Counted from the first letter of the stretch, positions 1 through 9,941 are shown. The stretch: 58,306 bases of DNA from Candidatus Hadarchaeum sp. (GCA_020725055.1 DYFS01000003.1:1-58306), one strand, 5' to 3'. Numbers and translations: made by a program. Notes: generated by a model not told the origin, from the sequence alone.

Positions 1-279
1 GCGCGGTCGACCGGCACCTGCGCAAAATTAGTGTAAACCCAAAACCCTATTTAATTTTGCACACCTCTAAAATAGATTTATCAGGACTATCAATTCCATC
101 AATCGAACCCAGCGAAGAATGGCAGCCTATATCAGGGAAGCGGGGCCCCCACATTCTTGCAAGCAGGGTTGGTGGTAAGGGTGTTTATTCGGATCCACAA
201 CGGCAGTCAAGATCAGTAACAGCTTTTAGCCTCTTTATCCAAAAGAGCCCAAACTGGGGTTTCTCTTGTTCTGGCGATA

Positions 280-367
280 TGGTGCGGGGGAGGGGATTTG
301 AACCCCCGAACCCCTACGGGACAGGCTCCTGAGGCCTGCGCCTTTGACCAGGCTCAGCCACCCCCGC
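280..367 (-). tRNA. tRNA-Leu (anticodon CAG), class II with long variable arm, CCA encoded
   Basis: The reverse complement folds as a cloverleaf. Acceptor GCGGGGG/CCCCCGC; anticodon stem CAGGC/GCCTG with loop CTCAGGA (anticodon CAG); variable arm CCC-GTA-GGG; T-arm GGGGG-TTCAAAT-CCCCT; then A-CCA. Confidence 0.9.
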
Positions 368-454
368 TGATAAAAATTTACTGGCGTTGCTCTTTTAACT
401 TACCGACCAACCCCAAACTTTATGAAAGCGGCCCCCTACTAAAGATTGATAAGC

Positions 455-1639
455 ATGCCGTTTGACCTCAGGCCCGAAAGCATCTTGGTGTGGTTAGCGG
501 TTCTCTTCATCTTTAGCCTGTTCATGATGCTCCTGTTGCCCCAGCAGATGGCGCTCTCCTCGCGCCTGTGGATAAAGCACGTGCGGAAATCTGTCAGCGA
601 ACTTGAAAAGTGGGCGAAGGATGGGAGGAGAATCGCCCTCGGCACGATAACCAAGCACGGCCGGCCGAAGCGGGATGTTGAGAAGGGGCTCGACAACATG
701 TTGGAGTTCTTCGCCATCGAGCCCGTCCACGAGGATCCCGTAGGGGTGCTCCGCAGGCTCGAACACGTGCTGGACGTGCGGAAAAAGCGCTTCGAGGGGG
801 CGGTTGCTGACCTCGCCCCAAAGGCTGACCCGGAGGCGGCTGCCAACGTCGAGATGGTGATCGAGGGGGCGATGGCCAACTACCTGATATTCAGGCTCGT
901 GCGCCACTTCATGCTGCTCGCCGAGAAGACCAAGAGCTACCAGCTGATCATGGTCCTGCAGATGCAGATGCCCTTTCTGAAAGACCTCGCCAAAGCATAC
1001 CTCGAGGCCACGAAGGCGTTCGCGGATGGCAAGGCGATCGGCGACGGCGTTGGGGCGATGGTAGCAACGAAGCTGATAGGCAAGGCCACGTGCAAGGAGC
1101 TGGTGGAAGACACAGTATACGCTGAGACCAAGCTCGACGGGCGCAGGTTGCTCGTGGTGAAGGCCAGGGGGCCGGGGGGCAGGGTCGGCAAACCCGGCGA
1201 GCTCATCCAACGCCTGGTCAAGCGACAGAAGGTGGACCGCATCATCATGATCGATGCCGCCCAGAAGCTAGAGGGGGAGGTGAGCGGCCAGGTCATCGAG
1301 GGCGTGGGCGCGGCGATAGGGGGGCCGCCTACCGAGAAATACAAGATCGAGGAGGTGGCCGTCAAGCACAAAATACCGCTCGATGCTATCGTAATCAAAG
1401 AGTCACTGAAGGAAGCGATAACTCCGCTGAACCAGCGCCTGGCGAAGGGTGCCGACATCACGGTCGAGCGGATAAAGCTAGCGATACACGAGCGCACGAG
1501 AGCCGGCGATACCGTAATCATCGCGGGCATAGGAAACACAATCGGCATAGGGCAGCGCGCCGACCAGCTGCCGAAGGAGTTCCCTCCGCCGAAGAAAGAG
1601 GAAAAAGAGATAGAATCCTACCTGCTGCCGTTCCGCTGA
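455..1639 (+). CDS. Conserved archaeal membrane-anchored protein (DUF1512-like)
   Basis: Long ORF with an N-terminal TM helix (ILVWLAVLFIFSLFMMLLL). I recognise the overall layout as the archaeal DUF1512 family; this is from memory and not verified. The ATG at 455 is preferred over the TTG at 446. Confidence 0.55.
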   Translation: MPFDLRPESILVWLAVLFIFSLFMMLLLPQQMALSSRLWIKHVRKSVSELEKWAKDGRRIALGTITKHGRPKRDVEKGLDNMLEFFAIEPVHEDPVGVLRRLEHVLDVRKKRFEGAVADLAPKADPEAAANVEMVIEGAMANYLIFRLVRHFMLLAEKTKSYQLIMVLQMQMPFLKDLAKAYLEATKAFADGKAIGDGVGAMVATKLIGKATCKELVEDTVYAETKLDGRRLLVVKARGPGGRVGKPGELIQRLVKRQKVDRIIMIDAAQKLEGEVSGQVIEGVGAAIGGPPTEKYKIEEVAVKHKIPLDAIVIKESLKEAITPLNQRLAKGADITVERIKLAIHERTRAGDTVIIAGIGNTIGIGQRADQLPKEFPPPKKEEKEIESYLLPFR

Positions 1640-1695
1640 GGGCCCTGCGCTGAGCTTTTTACCGATGAGGTTAGAAACTTAAGAGGGGAACAAAC

Positions 1696-3882
1696 ATGCG
1701 CCGCTACAAGCACGTCGGGGATATCCAGAAGGCGATGTGGGACCCCTCGAGGATACGCAACATCGGCATCGTCGCCCACGTCGACCACGGCAAGACTACG
1801 CTCACGGATAGCCTAGTCGCCGCCTCGGGCATCATAAGCTTCGAGCTGGCGGGGGAGCAGCTCTTCACCGATTTTTTGGAAATCGAGCAGCAGCGCGGCA
1901 TAACCGTGCAGACCTCCGCCGTCAGTCTAGCGCACACCTTTGAGGGTCGGGACTTCATCATCAACCTGCTCGATACCCCTGGGCACGTTGACTTCACCGG
2001 CGATGTCGCGCGGGCGCTCCGGGCGATAGATGGCGTCGTCGTGGTCATGGATGCGGTTGAGGGGGTGATGCCGCAAACCGAAACCGTGGTTCGCCAGGCG
2101 CTCCACGAGCGCGTGCGGCCTGTGCTTTTCATCAACAAGGTTGACCGGCTGATTGAGGAGCTCAAGCTCACCCCTGATGCCATGCAGGCGCGTTTCATCA
2201 AGCTGATAACCAAGTTCAACGAACTCATCCGGAGGTTCGCCCCTGCCGATGCCGCAGAGAAATGGTGGATAAAAGTCGAGGAGGGCTCCGTCGCGTTCGG
2301 CTCGGCGAAGGAGAAGTGGGCCGTCTCTGTCCCGCAGATGAAGAAGAAAAACATCAGCTTCAAAGACATTATCGAGGCTTACCGGGCGGGCACGCAAGTC
2401 GAGCTCGCAAAGAGAACCCCCCTCTTTGAAGTTGTGCTCGACATGATCATCACCCACCTCCCGAATCCAAAGAATGCACAGGGGGCGAGGGTACCAGCGA
2501 TATGGAAGGGCGACCCGAACAGCGAACTCGGCAGGGATATGATAACATGCAACCCACAGGGCAAGGTTTGCATGGTCGTCACGGATATAATTGTGGACGA
2601 GCAGGCAGGGGTTATTTCGACCGGGCGGGTTTTTTCTGGCACGCTTGAAAAAGGCAAGGCGGTCAGGCTCGTCGGCACCGACCAAGAGGCGCGGATACAG
2701 CAGGTCGGGGTCTACATGGGGCCGGACCGCGTCATCGTGGACCGGGTGCCAGCGGGCAACATCGGCGCGATAATCGGCATGAAGGAGGCCTACGTCGGCG
2801 AAACCTTAATCGAGAGTGGTGCCGAAGGTGCCGGTTTTGAGGAGATCCGTTACATAAGTGAGCCCGTCGTCACCATCGCCGTGGAACCAAAGAATTTCCA
2901 AGAGCTGCCACGTCTGGTGGCCGAGCTCAAGAAGATCTCGCGCGAGGACCCGAACGTGAGGGTCAAGATCAACGAGGAGACAGGCGAGTACCTGGTCTCT
3001 GGCATGGGCGAGGTGCACCTAGAAATCGTCGAGTACAAGATGAAAGAAGCCGGTCTCGAAGTGAAAAAATCCGAGCCGATCGTCGTCTACCGCGAGACAG
3101 TCACGAGCGAGGCCGGGCCGATCGAGGGAAAGTCCCCGAACCGCCACAACCGCTTCATGATAGCTGTCGAGCCGCTCGAGCAAGAGGTCATCAAAGCCAT
3201 CGAGGAGGGCAAAATCACGGCCAAACAGGACCGGAAGGAGCGTGCAAACGTGCTCCGTGGACTCGGCTGGGAAACGGACGCGGCGCGCGGTGTTGTAACG
3301 ATTGTTGGGACGAATGTTTTGACAGATGTTACAAAGGGCATCCAGTACCTGAACGAGGTCAGGGACTACGTCATCGAGGCCTTCACCGAGGTTTGCGAGG
3401 AGGGGCCACAAATGCGTGAGGCGATGCGCGGGGTGAAGGTGCTACTGACCGACGCGATGCTCCATGAGGACTCAGTGCACCGTGGCCCAGCGCAGATCAT
3501 TCCCGCCGTGAGGCGACCAATCCAGGCTGCGGTTCTCACGGCAAACCCCATCATACTCGAGCCAATCCTAAAGCTTGAGGTTCGCGTGCCCCAGGAGTTC
3601 ATGGGTGGGGCGACCAAGGTCATCCAAGGGCGCAGGGGGCGGATCGTGTCGATGGAGGCCGAGGAGGATATCGCGGTTGTCAAGGCTTCCCTCCCCGTAG
3701 CGAACTCGTTCGGTTTGGCCGCTGATATGCGCGGGGAGACCGAGGGGCGCGCTATCTGGAGTACCGAGTTCGAGCGGTTTGAGCAGATGCCGCGTGAGCT
3801 GCAGGAGCAGGCGATCCGCGATACACGAAAGCGCAAGGGGCTGAAGCTCGAAGTGCCGAAGCCTGAGGAATTCATGGACTAG
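1696..3882 (+). CDS. fusA: Translation elongation factor 2 (aEF-2)
   Basis: GTPase G1 motif AHVDHGKTT, DTPGHVDF, NKVDR. The diphthamide-region motif HEDSVHRGPAQ is present. Length is 728 aa. Confidence 0.97.
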   Translation: MRRYKHVGDIQKAMWDPSRIRNIGIVAHVDHGKTTLTDSLVAASGIISFELAGEQLFTDFLEIEQQRGITVQTSAVSLAHTFEGRDFIINLLDTPGHVDFTGDVARALRAIDGVVVVMDAVEGVMPQTETVVRQALHERVRPVLFINKVDRLIEELKLTPDAMQARFIKLITKFNELIRRFAPADAAEKWWIKVEEGSVAFGSAKEKWAVSVPQMKKKNISFKDIIEAYRAGTQVELAKRTPLFEVVLDMIITHLPNPKNAQGARVPAIWKGDPNSELGRDMITCNPQGKVCMVVTDIIVDEQAGVISTGRVFSGTLEKGKAVRLVGTDQEARIQQVGVYMGPDRVIVDRVPAGNIGAIIGMKEAYVGETLIESGAEGAGFEEIRYISEPVVTIAVEPKNFQELPRLVAELKKISREDPNVRVKINEETGEYLVSGMGEVHLEIVEYKMKEAGLEVKKSEPIVVYRETVTSEAGPIEGKSPNRHNRFMIAVEPLEQEVIKAIEEGKITAKQDRKERANVLRGLGWETDAARGVVTIVGTNVLTDVTKGIQYLNEVRDYVIEAFTEVCEEGPQMREAMRGVKVLLTDAMLHEDSVHRGPAQIIPAVRRPIQAAVLTANPIILEPILKLEVRVPQEFMGGATKVIQGRRGRIVSMEAEEDIAVVKASLPVANSFGLAADMRGETEGRAIWSTEFERFEQMPRELQEQAIRDTRKRKGLKLEVPKPEEFMD

Positions 3883-4708
3883 CAGCAAGCAAGTTTGCTA
3901 TAACCCTAAATTTCTCCGGCTCTAAATCCATCACCTTTTTTTCAGCAAGCGCTGCGGGGATTTTCTGTTCAATCACTGCGTGACGCTCTGCCTTCGACAA
4001 GCGCGCCTCAGGGAACACCTCGCCAAAGGAGTGGAGGAGGGCATTTCCGACCTTTTGGCATCTATGCTGGAAAAGCGCTCTAACCACGTTTGAAAAAACC
4101 CGCTCATCCTTGACCTCGAACGGCGGGGGGCGGGGCGTCAACTGCACAACTGTTGATGTCACTTTCGGCTCCGGGAAGAAAGCCCGCGGTGGTACCTCTT
4201 CAAGCAGCTTGACGTTCGCGCGGTAGTAAACATTAACCGTTAGGCGCCCGTAGTCGCCAGACCCCGGCTTTGCCACAAGTCGCCTTGCGAATTCACGCTG
4301 GTACATCAGCACGGCCAGCTCGAACTCGTGCTCAAGCAGCCTGAAGGTGATGTCAGAGGAGATGCCGTAGGGGAGGTTTGCGACAACCTTGTTGAACTTA
4401 GGCAGCTCGATGCGCAGCGCGTCGCCGTGCACGATTTCAACGTTGGTCTGCCCCGCCAGCTGTTCCCTTAGAATTTTGACCAGCCGCCCGTCGCGCTCGA
4501 TTGCAACAACCTTGCCTGCGCGCCCCGCCAGCAAGCTGGTCAAGTTGCCGATGCCCGCGCCCACCTCAAGCACCACGTCGCGCCTCGAGAGCCCGGCGTA
4601 CCCCGCCATCCGCTGCAGGAGCCCCGGGTCGACCACGTGATGCTGGCCGGCGCACTTACTCGGCCTTATGCGGTGCCTCCGTAGGAGCGATAGCGTTTGG
4701 TTGAGCAT
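3872..4708 (-). CDS. rsmA: 16S rRNA (adenine-N6,N6)-dimethyltransferase KsgA/Dim1
   Basis: SAM-binding motif VLEVGAGIGNLT and NLPYGISS. Typical length of 278 aa. Its 3' end overlaps EF-2 convergently by 11 nt. Confidence 0.9.
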   Translation of the reverse strand: MLNQTLSLLRRHRIRPSKCAGQHHVVDPGLLQRMAGYAGLSRRDVVLEVGAGIGNLTSLLAGRAGKVVAIERDGRLVKILREQLAGQTNVEIVHGDALRIELPKFNKVVANLPYGISSDITFRLLEHEFELAVLMYQREFARRLVAKPGSGDYGRLTVNVYYRANVKLLEEVPPRAFFPEPKVTSTVVQLTPRPPPFEVKDERVFSNVVRALFQHRCQKVGNALLHSFGEVFPEARLSKAERHAVIEQKIPAALAEKKVMDLEPEKFRVIANLLAASP

Positions 4709-4756
4709 GGTTCTGTCTTTATTTGGTGTCCCTGAACAAATAGGGTTGGTGCCGAC

Positions 4757-5110
4757 ATGCCATCAGCCGCATTCCTGCGCGGGAAGAAGGGGCTTTTCAA
4801 GAGGCTGCGTGAGGGCGGCGCGTTGACCGTGGAGCTCGAGTGGATGCTTTTCGACATCTACGGGTCGCGGGGGAAAAGGGCGCTTGAGGTCATCAAAAAA
4901 AGGGGTGTCACCAAGCGCGGCCAGAGGTGGTTCGTGCGCGGGAGAGTTGGTGAGTACGAGGTCGTTGGCACCCTCTGCAGCTGCCGTGACTATGTGCTTA
5001 ACGTCGTCACGGGCAAGGTGGATGTCGACATGTGCTATCACGCCCTAGCGAAAACTATGTGCGAGTTGCTTGATGCCTACTACGTGCTCGAGCCTGAGCC
5101 GAAGGTATGA
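4757..5110 (+). CDS. SWIM-type zinc-finger protein
   Basis: CxC...CxH pattern: CSCRDYVLNVVTGKVDVDMCYH. Small basic protein. Confidence 0.6.
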   Translation: MPSAAFLRGKKGLFKRLREGGALTVELEWMLFDIYGSRGKRALEVIKKRGVTKRGQRWFVRGRVGEYEVVGTLCSCRDYVLNVVTGKVDVDMCYHALAKTMCELLDAYYVLEPEPKV

Positions 5111-5111
5111 C

Positions 5112-5744
5112 ATGGTTAAGAGGAGTGCCGCGATATCAAAATTTATCAGACAACGCTACGGTGCCGAAATCGCTGAGCAGTGGTATCGCGAGCCGTTCAA
5201 AGTGTTGATTGGTTGTATACTATCACATCGCACGAGGGAAGAAAACACCGAGGCTGCGTGCGCGGCGTTATTTGCGGTCGCATCAACACCCGAACAAATT
5301 TTGAAGTTGCCTCTGCCAAAGCTACGGCGGCTAATCAAGCCAGCTGGACTCGCAAAACAGAAGGCGCCGAACATCAAGCGGACCTGCAGGACCCTCTTAG
5401 AAAAATATCAGGGGGCTGTTCCGGCCGACCGGCAATTGCTGCTGGAGCTTCCTGGGGTCGGACCAAAAACGGCCGACGTGACCCTCTGTTATGGTTTTGG
5501 ACAACCCTGCATACCTGTGGACACCCATGTGGCCCGTATAAGCAAGCGGCTTGGATTAGTAGATGAACACGCCAAAGTTGAACGTATCGGAGGGAAGTTG
5601 AGAAAAATTTTTCCCATGAGGGATTGGCGTTTGATCAACCGAGGTTTCGTGTTGTTTGGCAGGGAAGTGTGTCTTCCCAAATACCCTAAGTGCCATCTTT
5701 GTCCGCTCAGAGCCTCCTGTAAATTTGCAGGGGGCAGGGCTTAA
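5112..5744 (+). CDS. nth: Endonuclease III (DNA glycosylase/AP lyase)
   Basis: HhH-GPD motif LPGVGPKTADV...D, and a C-terminal 4Fe-4S cluster loop CLPKYPKCHLCPLRASC. The ATG at 5112 follows the preceding stop directly. Confidence 0.9.
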   Translation: MVKRSAAISKFIRQRYGAEIAEQWYREPFKVLIGCILSHRTREENTEAACAALFAVASTPEQILKLPLPKLRRLIKPAGLAKQKAPNIKRTCRTLLEKYQGAVPADRQLLLELPGVGPKTADVTLCYGFGQPCIPVDTHVARISKRLGLVDEHAKVERIGGKLRKIFPMRDWRLINRGFVLFGREVCLPKYPKCHLCPLRASCKFAGGRA

Positions 5745-6177
5745 AGAAAGTTTAATCCCTGAGAAGTGGCCAAACACCGTTGGTGGTATCCTGACAACCT
5801 TACAAGCGTTTTACCTCCTCCTGTTCGCCGGCTCTTTGGCATTTGGCTTGGAGGCCATGCTGCTGGGGCTCGGCGGGCGGCTCCCGTTGCTCTACGGCCG
5901 CAGACGGTGGGCCACCTTGGGGTGGGCGCTTGGCTGTGGGTGCGCCATCATCGGCCTGTCGATCGTAACCGCCGCGCCGTTTGGTTTAGGGCCGCTTTAT
6001 GTGTGCGCGCTCGTGCTTGGGTACACATTCCTCGCTGGCGGGGTAATCAGGCGTTTTAAAGCGAGGTTCATCAAGCCAAGCCTTCCCCGCCTGCCACCGC
6101 CCGCCAGTGAAGTGGAGATAAGGAGGATGCTCAGAAAACGGGGGCTTAGGGCTTTGGTGAAAAAGAAGAAAAGGTAG
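5725..6177 (+). CDS. Small integral membrane protein with a basic C-terminal tail, function unknown
   Basis: Three to four hydrophobic helices followed by KRGLRALVKKKKR. The start is uncertain. The TTG at 5725 is the first start-type codon compatible with the end of nth; the ORF track begins at TTG 5656. Confidence 0.45.
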   Translation: MQGAGLKESLIPEKWPNTVGGILTTLQAFYLLLFAGSLAFGLEAMLLGLGGRLPLLYGRRRWATLGWALGCGCAIIGLSIVTAAPFGLGPLYVCALVLGYTFLAGGVIRRFKARFIKPSLPRLPPPASEVEIRRMLRKRGLRALVKKKKR

Positions 6178-6219
6178 TTTTTTGAGCACCCATTCCATAT
6201 TGAAGCAGGGGAAAATCAC

Positions 6220-7620
6220 TTGTCCGGAACAAAAGCTTCGCTCAAGCCGTTTTTCGAGCCAAAGACGGTCGCGATCATCGGTGCTTCCCGTGAAACCCGC
6301 AAGCCGGGCCACGTCATACTGAGGAATTTCTTGGAGCGCGAGTTCAGGGGCAAGGTTTATCCGGTCAACCCCAAGACGGAGGAAATCGCCGGGCTTAGGT
6401 GTTACGCGAGCGTCAAAGACCTCCCGGATGAAATAGACCTCGCGGTGATCGCTACGCCAGCGAAAGCGGTCGTGCAGGTGATGCAGGAGTGCGCCGAGAA
6501 GAAAACTAAGGCAGCGGTCATCATCTCAAGCGGGTTCGGGGAGCTGGGGCCAGATGGGAAAAAGCGCGAGGATGAAATTCGAGAGATTGCGGAGAATATC
6601 GGTATAAGGGTGATCGGGCCCAACTGCATCGGCATTTACGACGCGTACACCGGAGTCGACACGCTCTTTCTCCCGCGCTATCGCCTGGCCAGACCGACGA
6701 AGGGGAATATATCGTTCACCTCCCAGAGCGGCGCCTTCGGTGTAGCGATGCTCGATTGGGCTGCGTCGCTCGGCGTCGGCATAAGCAAGTTCATCAGCTA
6801 CGGCAACATGGTCGACGTGAATGAGATTGATTTGCTCGAATACCTGAAAGATGACCCGACGACAAAAATTGTTATCATGTACTTGGAGCAAACCGCCGAC
6901 GGCCGCAAGCTGATTGACGTCGTTAGGCAGATTACCCCAAAGAAACCTGTTGTCGCGATAAAGGCAGGTCGCACCTCTGAGGGGGCTAGGGCCGCTTCGT
7001 CGCACACCGGTGCTCTCGCGGGGTCTGACCTCGTGTACTGGGGAGCGTTCAAGCAGACGGGCGTCGTGCGCGCATTTGACCCAGAGGAGCTCATGGACTT
7101 CGCAATCGCTCTCGGTACCCAGCCCCCGTGCATGGGCAACCGCATCGCCATCGTCACCAACGGCGGGGGTTTCGGAGTCATGGCGACCGACGAGATAGTG
7201 CGCAGGAAGTTGCGCCTTGCCGAACTCAGCGGCACGACGAAGCGCTACCTGCACGAGAAGTTGCCGCCTTACGTAAGCGTGGAGAACCCAGTCGATTTAA
7301 TGGGTGATTCCGACGCGCAGCGCTATGCGACTGCGCTCGACCTCACGCTTAAAGATCCAAACGTCGATGGGGCCGTTGTCATTGTGCTCTTTCAAACACC
7401 GCTGCTCGAATCGGGAGTCGTTGATACCATATCTGAGGTAGCGACGAAGTACCGCAAGCCGATCACCGTCTGCGCCACGGGCGGCGACTATGTCGAGATT
7501 CACCGCAAGATGCTTGAGCGCAGCTACGTCCCATGTTACCAGACCCCGGAGCGGGCGGCGCGCGCGATGTGGGCGCTTGCGTTCTATGGTGATTACCTAA
7601 AGCGTCTTGCCGAGGAATAA
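6220..7620 (+). CDS. acdA: Acetate--CoA ligase (ADP-forming), alpha subunit (CoA-binding / succinyl-CoA-ligase-like)
   Basis: N-terminal FFEPKTVAIIGASRE...KPG CoA-binding Rossmann fold, and the phosphohistidine region SHTGALAG. Length is 466 aa. TTG start. Confidence 0.85.
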   Translation: MSGTKASLKPFFEPKTVAIIGASRETRKPGHVILRNFLEREFRGKVYPVNPKTEEIAGLRCYASVKDLPDEIDLAVIATPAKAVVQVMQECAEKKTKAAVIISSGFGELGPDGKKREDEIREIAENIGIRVIGPNCIGIYDAYTGVDTLFLPRYRLARPTKGNISFTSQSGAFGVAMLDWAASLGVGISKFISYGNMVDVNEIDLLEYLKDDPTTKIVIMYLEQTADGRKLIDVVRQITPKKPVVAIKAGRTSEGARAASSHTGALAGSDLVYWGAFKQTGVVRAFDPEELMDFAIALGTQPPCMGNRIAIVTNGGGFGVMATDEIVRRKLRLAELSGTTKRYLHEKLPPYVSVENPVDLMGDSDAQRYATALDLTLKDPNVDGAVVIVLFQTPLLESGVVDTISEVATKYRKPITVCATGGDYVEIHRKMLERSYVPCYQTPERAARAMWALAFYGDYLKRLAEE

Positions 7621-7632
7621 AAAACATGAAAT

Positions 7633-8055
7633 TCACCACGATAAGACAACGAGTTTTGCCTGTTTAACCCCGCGCAACGCGGCTAGTTTATCCAGAAGCT
7701 TGCGAATTTTTTCTGCTTGCCCCTTCACCATAAGCGTCTCTAAACAGTGCTTTCTATCTATGTGAATGTGCTGAACCGCGCTTATGTTCCCCCGACTAGT
7801 ATGCTGGATATCTACCAAAGCATCTGTTAAGCCGCGGACATCGTGCTCGTATACCACCGCGATTATGCCGACCTGCCTGCCTTTAAGCCCTTGGCGCCAC
7901 TTGTAGCTGGCCAGGAAATCGCGCAGCGCATCCCTAACTGACTCGGAGCGGCTGGCGTATTTTTCCGCCTTAAGCATGCGATCCAACTCATCAAGCAGCT
8001 CTTGCGGTAGCGTCAGACTCACGCGTGTTATCTTTGGTATACCGATCCCCCACAA
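7633..8055 (-). CDS. nikR: NikR-family ribbon-helix-helix transcriptional regulator
   Basis: N-terminal RHH (RVSLTLPQELLDELD) plus a C-terminal ACT-like domain with the His/Cys cluster HIHIDRKHC. Confidence 0.7.
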   Translation of the reverse strand: MWGIGIPKITRVSLTLPQELLDELDRMLKAEKYASRSESVRDALRDFLASYKWRQGLKGRQVGIIAVVYEHDVRGLTDALVDIQHTSRGNISAVQHIHIDRKHCLETLMVKGQAEKIRKLLDKLAALRGVKQAKLVVLSW

Positions 8056-8064
8056 TTTAGCCCC

Positions 8065-9174
8065 TTAGCTTACCGGGCTACCTAGTTTGATGGATTTCAA
8101 AACGTCACCATCCCAATCGAACACGAGCCTGTTGCGGCCTTTCCAAGAACCATTTTGAAGCACGTGCCCAACAACAAGCGGCAGAGAGACCGTTGGCTCA
8201 ACGTATGCTGTTGCCCGAGTCGCTTTTTTGGATACCTTCCCCCAAGAGGTCGCTTCCTTTAAAGTGCTCCCGCTCAGCCCACCCCAGTGAGGCGCGTCTG
8301 TAGTGAGTTGAAAAGCGTACGTATGGCCCCCGGTATCTATCCCAAACACATAGGCCATGACAACGGCATCATTAATGAAATTCTTTGGTACGCCTCCAGC
8401 AATGTAAATTGCCGCGGTTTTCTTTGATTTAACGACAATTTGTGTCAGCTCGTAATTGTCGCGGATGGCATCTATGATCATGTGTGATTTTCCATTTATT
8501 TTCCTCCAATGATAATACTGGGTCAAACCGATGCCTATGCTGCTATCGTTGAGCGCAGGTGAAAAAATGGGCATGCCGTGCTTGGCGGCCGTGTACAAAA
8601 TTGAATTTTCGTCCTCAAGCTCCTTGCCGAGCAAATAGAGGAATTCCCTGCTGGAGTAGGGCTTTGGTTCAAGTTTTTCGGCAAACTTCGCTACGTGGGT
8701 GTCACACTCCCAGAATTTCTCCTCGTCAACATACGTATCGTAGATCCGATTGATCAGGAGATCTCGGAGCCCTACATCATTGGCTTCTGGGGTGCCCTTG
8801 TAATGCTTGTATCCCTTGGCCTGATAGAGGTCCTGATAGAGGATGGCGCCCGTCGATACGACCGCGTCGACTATCCCGAACTCAATCATATCGCGGAGGA
8901 CTTTCCTGAGGCCACCTGCTATGAGCGGTCCTGCGACGCCAAGCAATATCGTCGGCCTGTCTTTGTCGAGTAACATGTGTTTGTAAACCTCGGCACATTT
9001 GCCGATATTGCGGGCCTGCACCGAGCCCTTGCTGTAAGCTTCAACGAGTTCACTTATGCCGCAGGCGTTCGTTAGATCGACCGCTTCAACCGGCGTGGAC
9101 AGCAACTCGGCCTTTCTTTTTCTTTGTTCCTCGCTCAATTCTACCTTGAGTCCGAACTTTTCTTCCATTTTCAT
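8065..9174 (-). CDS. dys: Deoxyhypusine synthase
   Basis: Deoxyhypusine synthase family blocks (TILLGVAGPLIAGGLR, VVSTGAILYQD, YIAGGVPKNF, WGK). Length is 369 aa. Confidence 0.9.
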   Translation of the reverse strand: MKMEEKFGLKVELSEEQRKRKAELLSTPVEAVDLTNACGISELVEAYSKGSVQARNIGKCAEVYKHMLLDKDRPTILLGVAGPLIAGGLRKVLRDMIEFGIVDAVVSTGAILYQDLYQAKGYKHYKGTPEANDVGLRDLLINRIYDTYVDEEKFWECDTHVAKFAEKLEPKPYSSREFLYLLGKELEDENSILYTAAKHGMPIFSPALNDSSIGIGLTQYYHWRKINGKSHMIIDAIRDNYELTQIVVKSKKTAAIYIAGGVPKNFINDAVVMAYVFGIDTGGHTYAFQLTTDAPHWGGLSGSTLKEATSWGKVSKKATRATAYVEPTVSLPLVVGHVLQNGSWKGRNRLVFDWDGDVLKSIKLGSPVS

Positions 9175-9367
9175 AACATTGCCTCGACGCAGTAATTTGG
9201 TGTTGATAACTTAAATGTTTTTAGAAAAAACGGAGTTTGTCGGATAAATCAGCAGGATAATTAAAACTCCCATTTCATTCATCGCCGGCCCAGCTCTAAC
9301 AAATCAGAATGGATGTTCGGCAATTTAAAATCACGAATTATTCGACAAACTCGCGTAGGCGGGTTGC

Positions 9368-9375
9368 TATTTAAA
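9368..9375 (+). promoter_or_regulatory. Putative TATA box for the 9405 gene
   Basis: TATTTAAA lies about 30 nt upstream of the ATG at 9405. This spacing fits an archaeal promoter producing a leaderless or short-leader mRNA. Confidence 0.35.
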
Positions 9376-9404
9376 CTCGCGGGTGAAACATAAGCGGGGA
9401 GCGC

Positions 9405-9941
9405 ATGAGGGTCGCCATCCAGGGTCTCGGCGAGGTGCCCGCGACGGTAGAGGTTGTGCTGAAAAAGGAGAGGCCCGCACGCACCTATGTCGTCTGTTCA
9501 GATTACCAGCTCAAGCTTGTCGCGACCCGCGCCGGCTACAAGAAAACGAACGAGGAGGTCATAAAGGAGGCGGCGAGGAAAACGGGCACCGAAGTGATTT
9601 TTTGCAAGTGCGACGCTTTTGATCCGAAATCCATCTCGAGGGCTATCAAGCGGGCCTTGAAGCAGATCGACATCGAGAGGGACGAAATACTCATAAATTT
9701 TACGGGCGGCTCCGCTATCACAAGGCTATTGCTCGGCGTCACTGGCGTCATGCTGTCGGGGTTCGCGCGGAGCAGGCTGATTTACGCCATCCAATACCCG
9801 AAGGGCCCGAAGTTCGAGGTCGATCAAACCAAGGCATTGAGGGATGTTTTCCCGTCCGACCTACAGCTCCTCCTGGATTTCATGGGGAAAATCCGCCACT
9901 TGGGTGGGCCCAAGATCCCGCGCAGGAAGCGCAAGGCGTAG
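9405..9941 (+). CDS. Stand-alone CARF-like Rossmann-fold protein (putative ligand sensor), basic C-terminus
   Basis: Beta1-loop motif VAIQGLGEVP and a later INFTGGSAITR motif resemble the two CARF/DUF1887 signature loops (LGxSP ... D-x-T-x-G-T-K). No effector domain is present. Length is 178 aa. Confidence 0.4.
   Translation: MRVAIQGLGEVPATVEVVLKKERPARTYVVCSDYQLKLVATRAGYKKTNEEVIKEAARKTGTEVIFCKCDAFDPKSISRAIKRALKQIDIERDEILINFTGGSAITRLLLGVTGVMLSGFARSRLIYAIQYPKGPKFEVDQTKALRDVFPSDLQLLLDFMGKIRHLGGPKIPRRKRKA

Noticed and set aside
1-279. Non-coding leader with some GC-rich self-complementary stretches (possible ncRNA)
   Set aside because: I could not recognise SRP RNA, RNase P RNA or C/D-box features by eye, so there is not enough evidence to call anything.
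57-332. 91-aa ORF at the start of the window
   Set aside because: Its 3' part is the antisense of a well-folding tRNA-Leu gene. It has no protein-like motifs, so it is treated as spurious.
494-1210. Long antisense or alternative-frame ORFs across GC-rich genes (for example 494..1210, 14765..15628, 25979..26605, 31155..31379, 51064..51612 and 56585..57502)
   Set aside because: They overlap confidently identified genes. They are Arg/Pro/Ala/Gly-rich with no motifs, which is the typical open-frame artefact of high-GC DNA.
5766-6059. 97-aa alternative-frame ORF inside the small membrane-protein gene
   Set aside because: It has an Arg/Trp/Ala-rich composition and no features. The overlapping frame encodes coherent TM helices.
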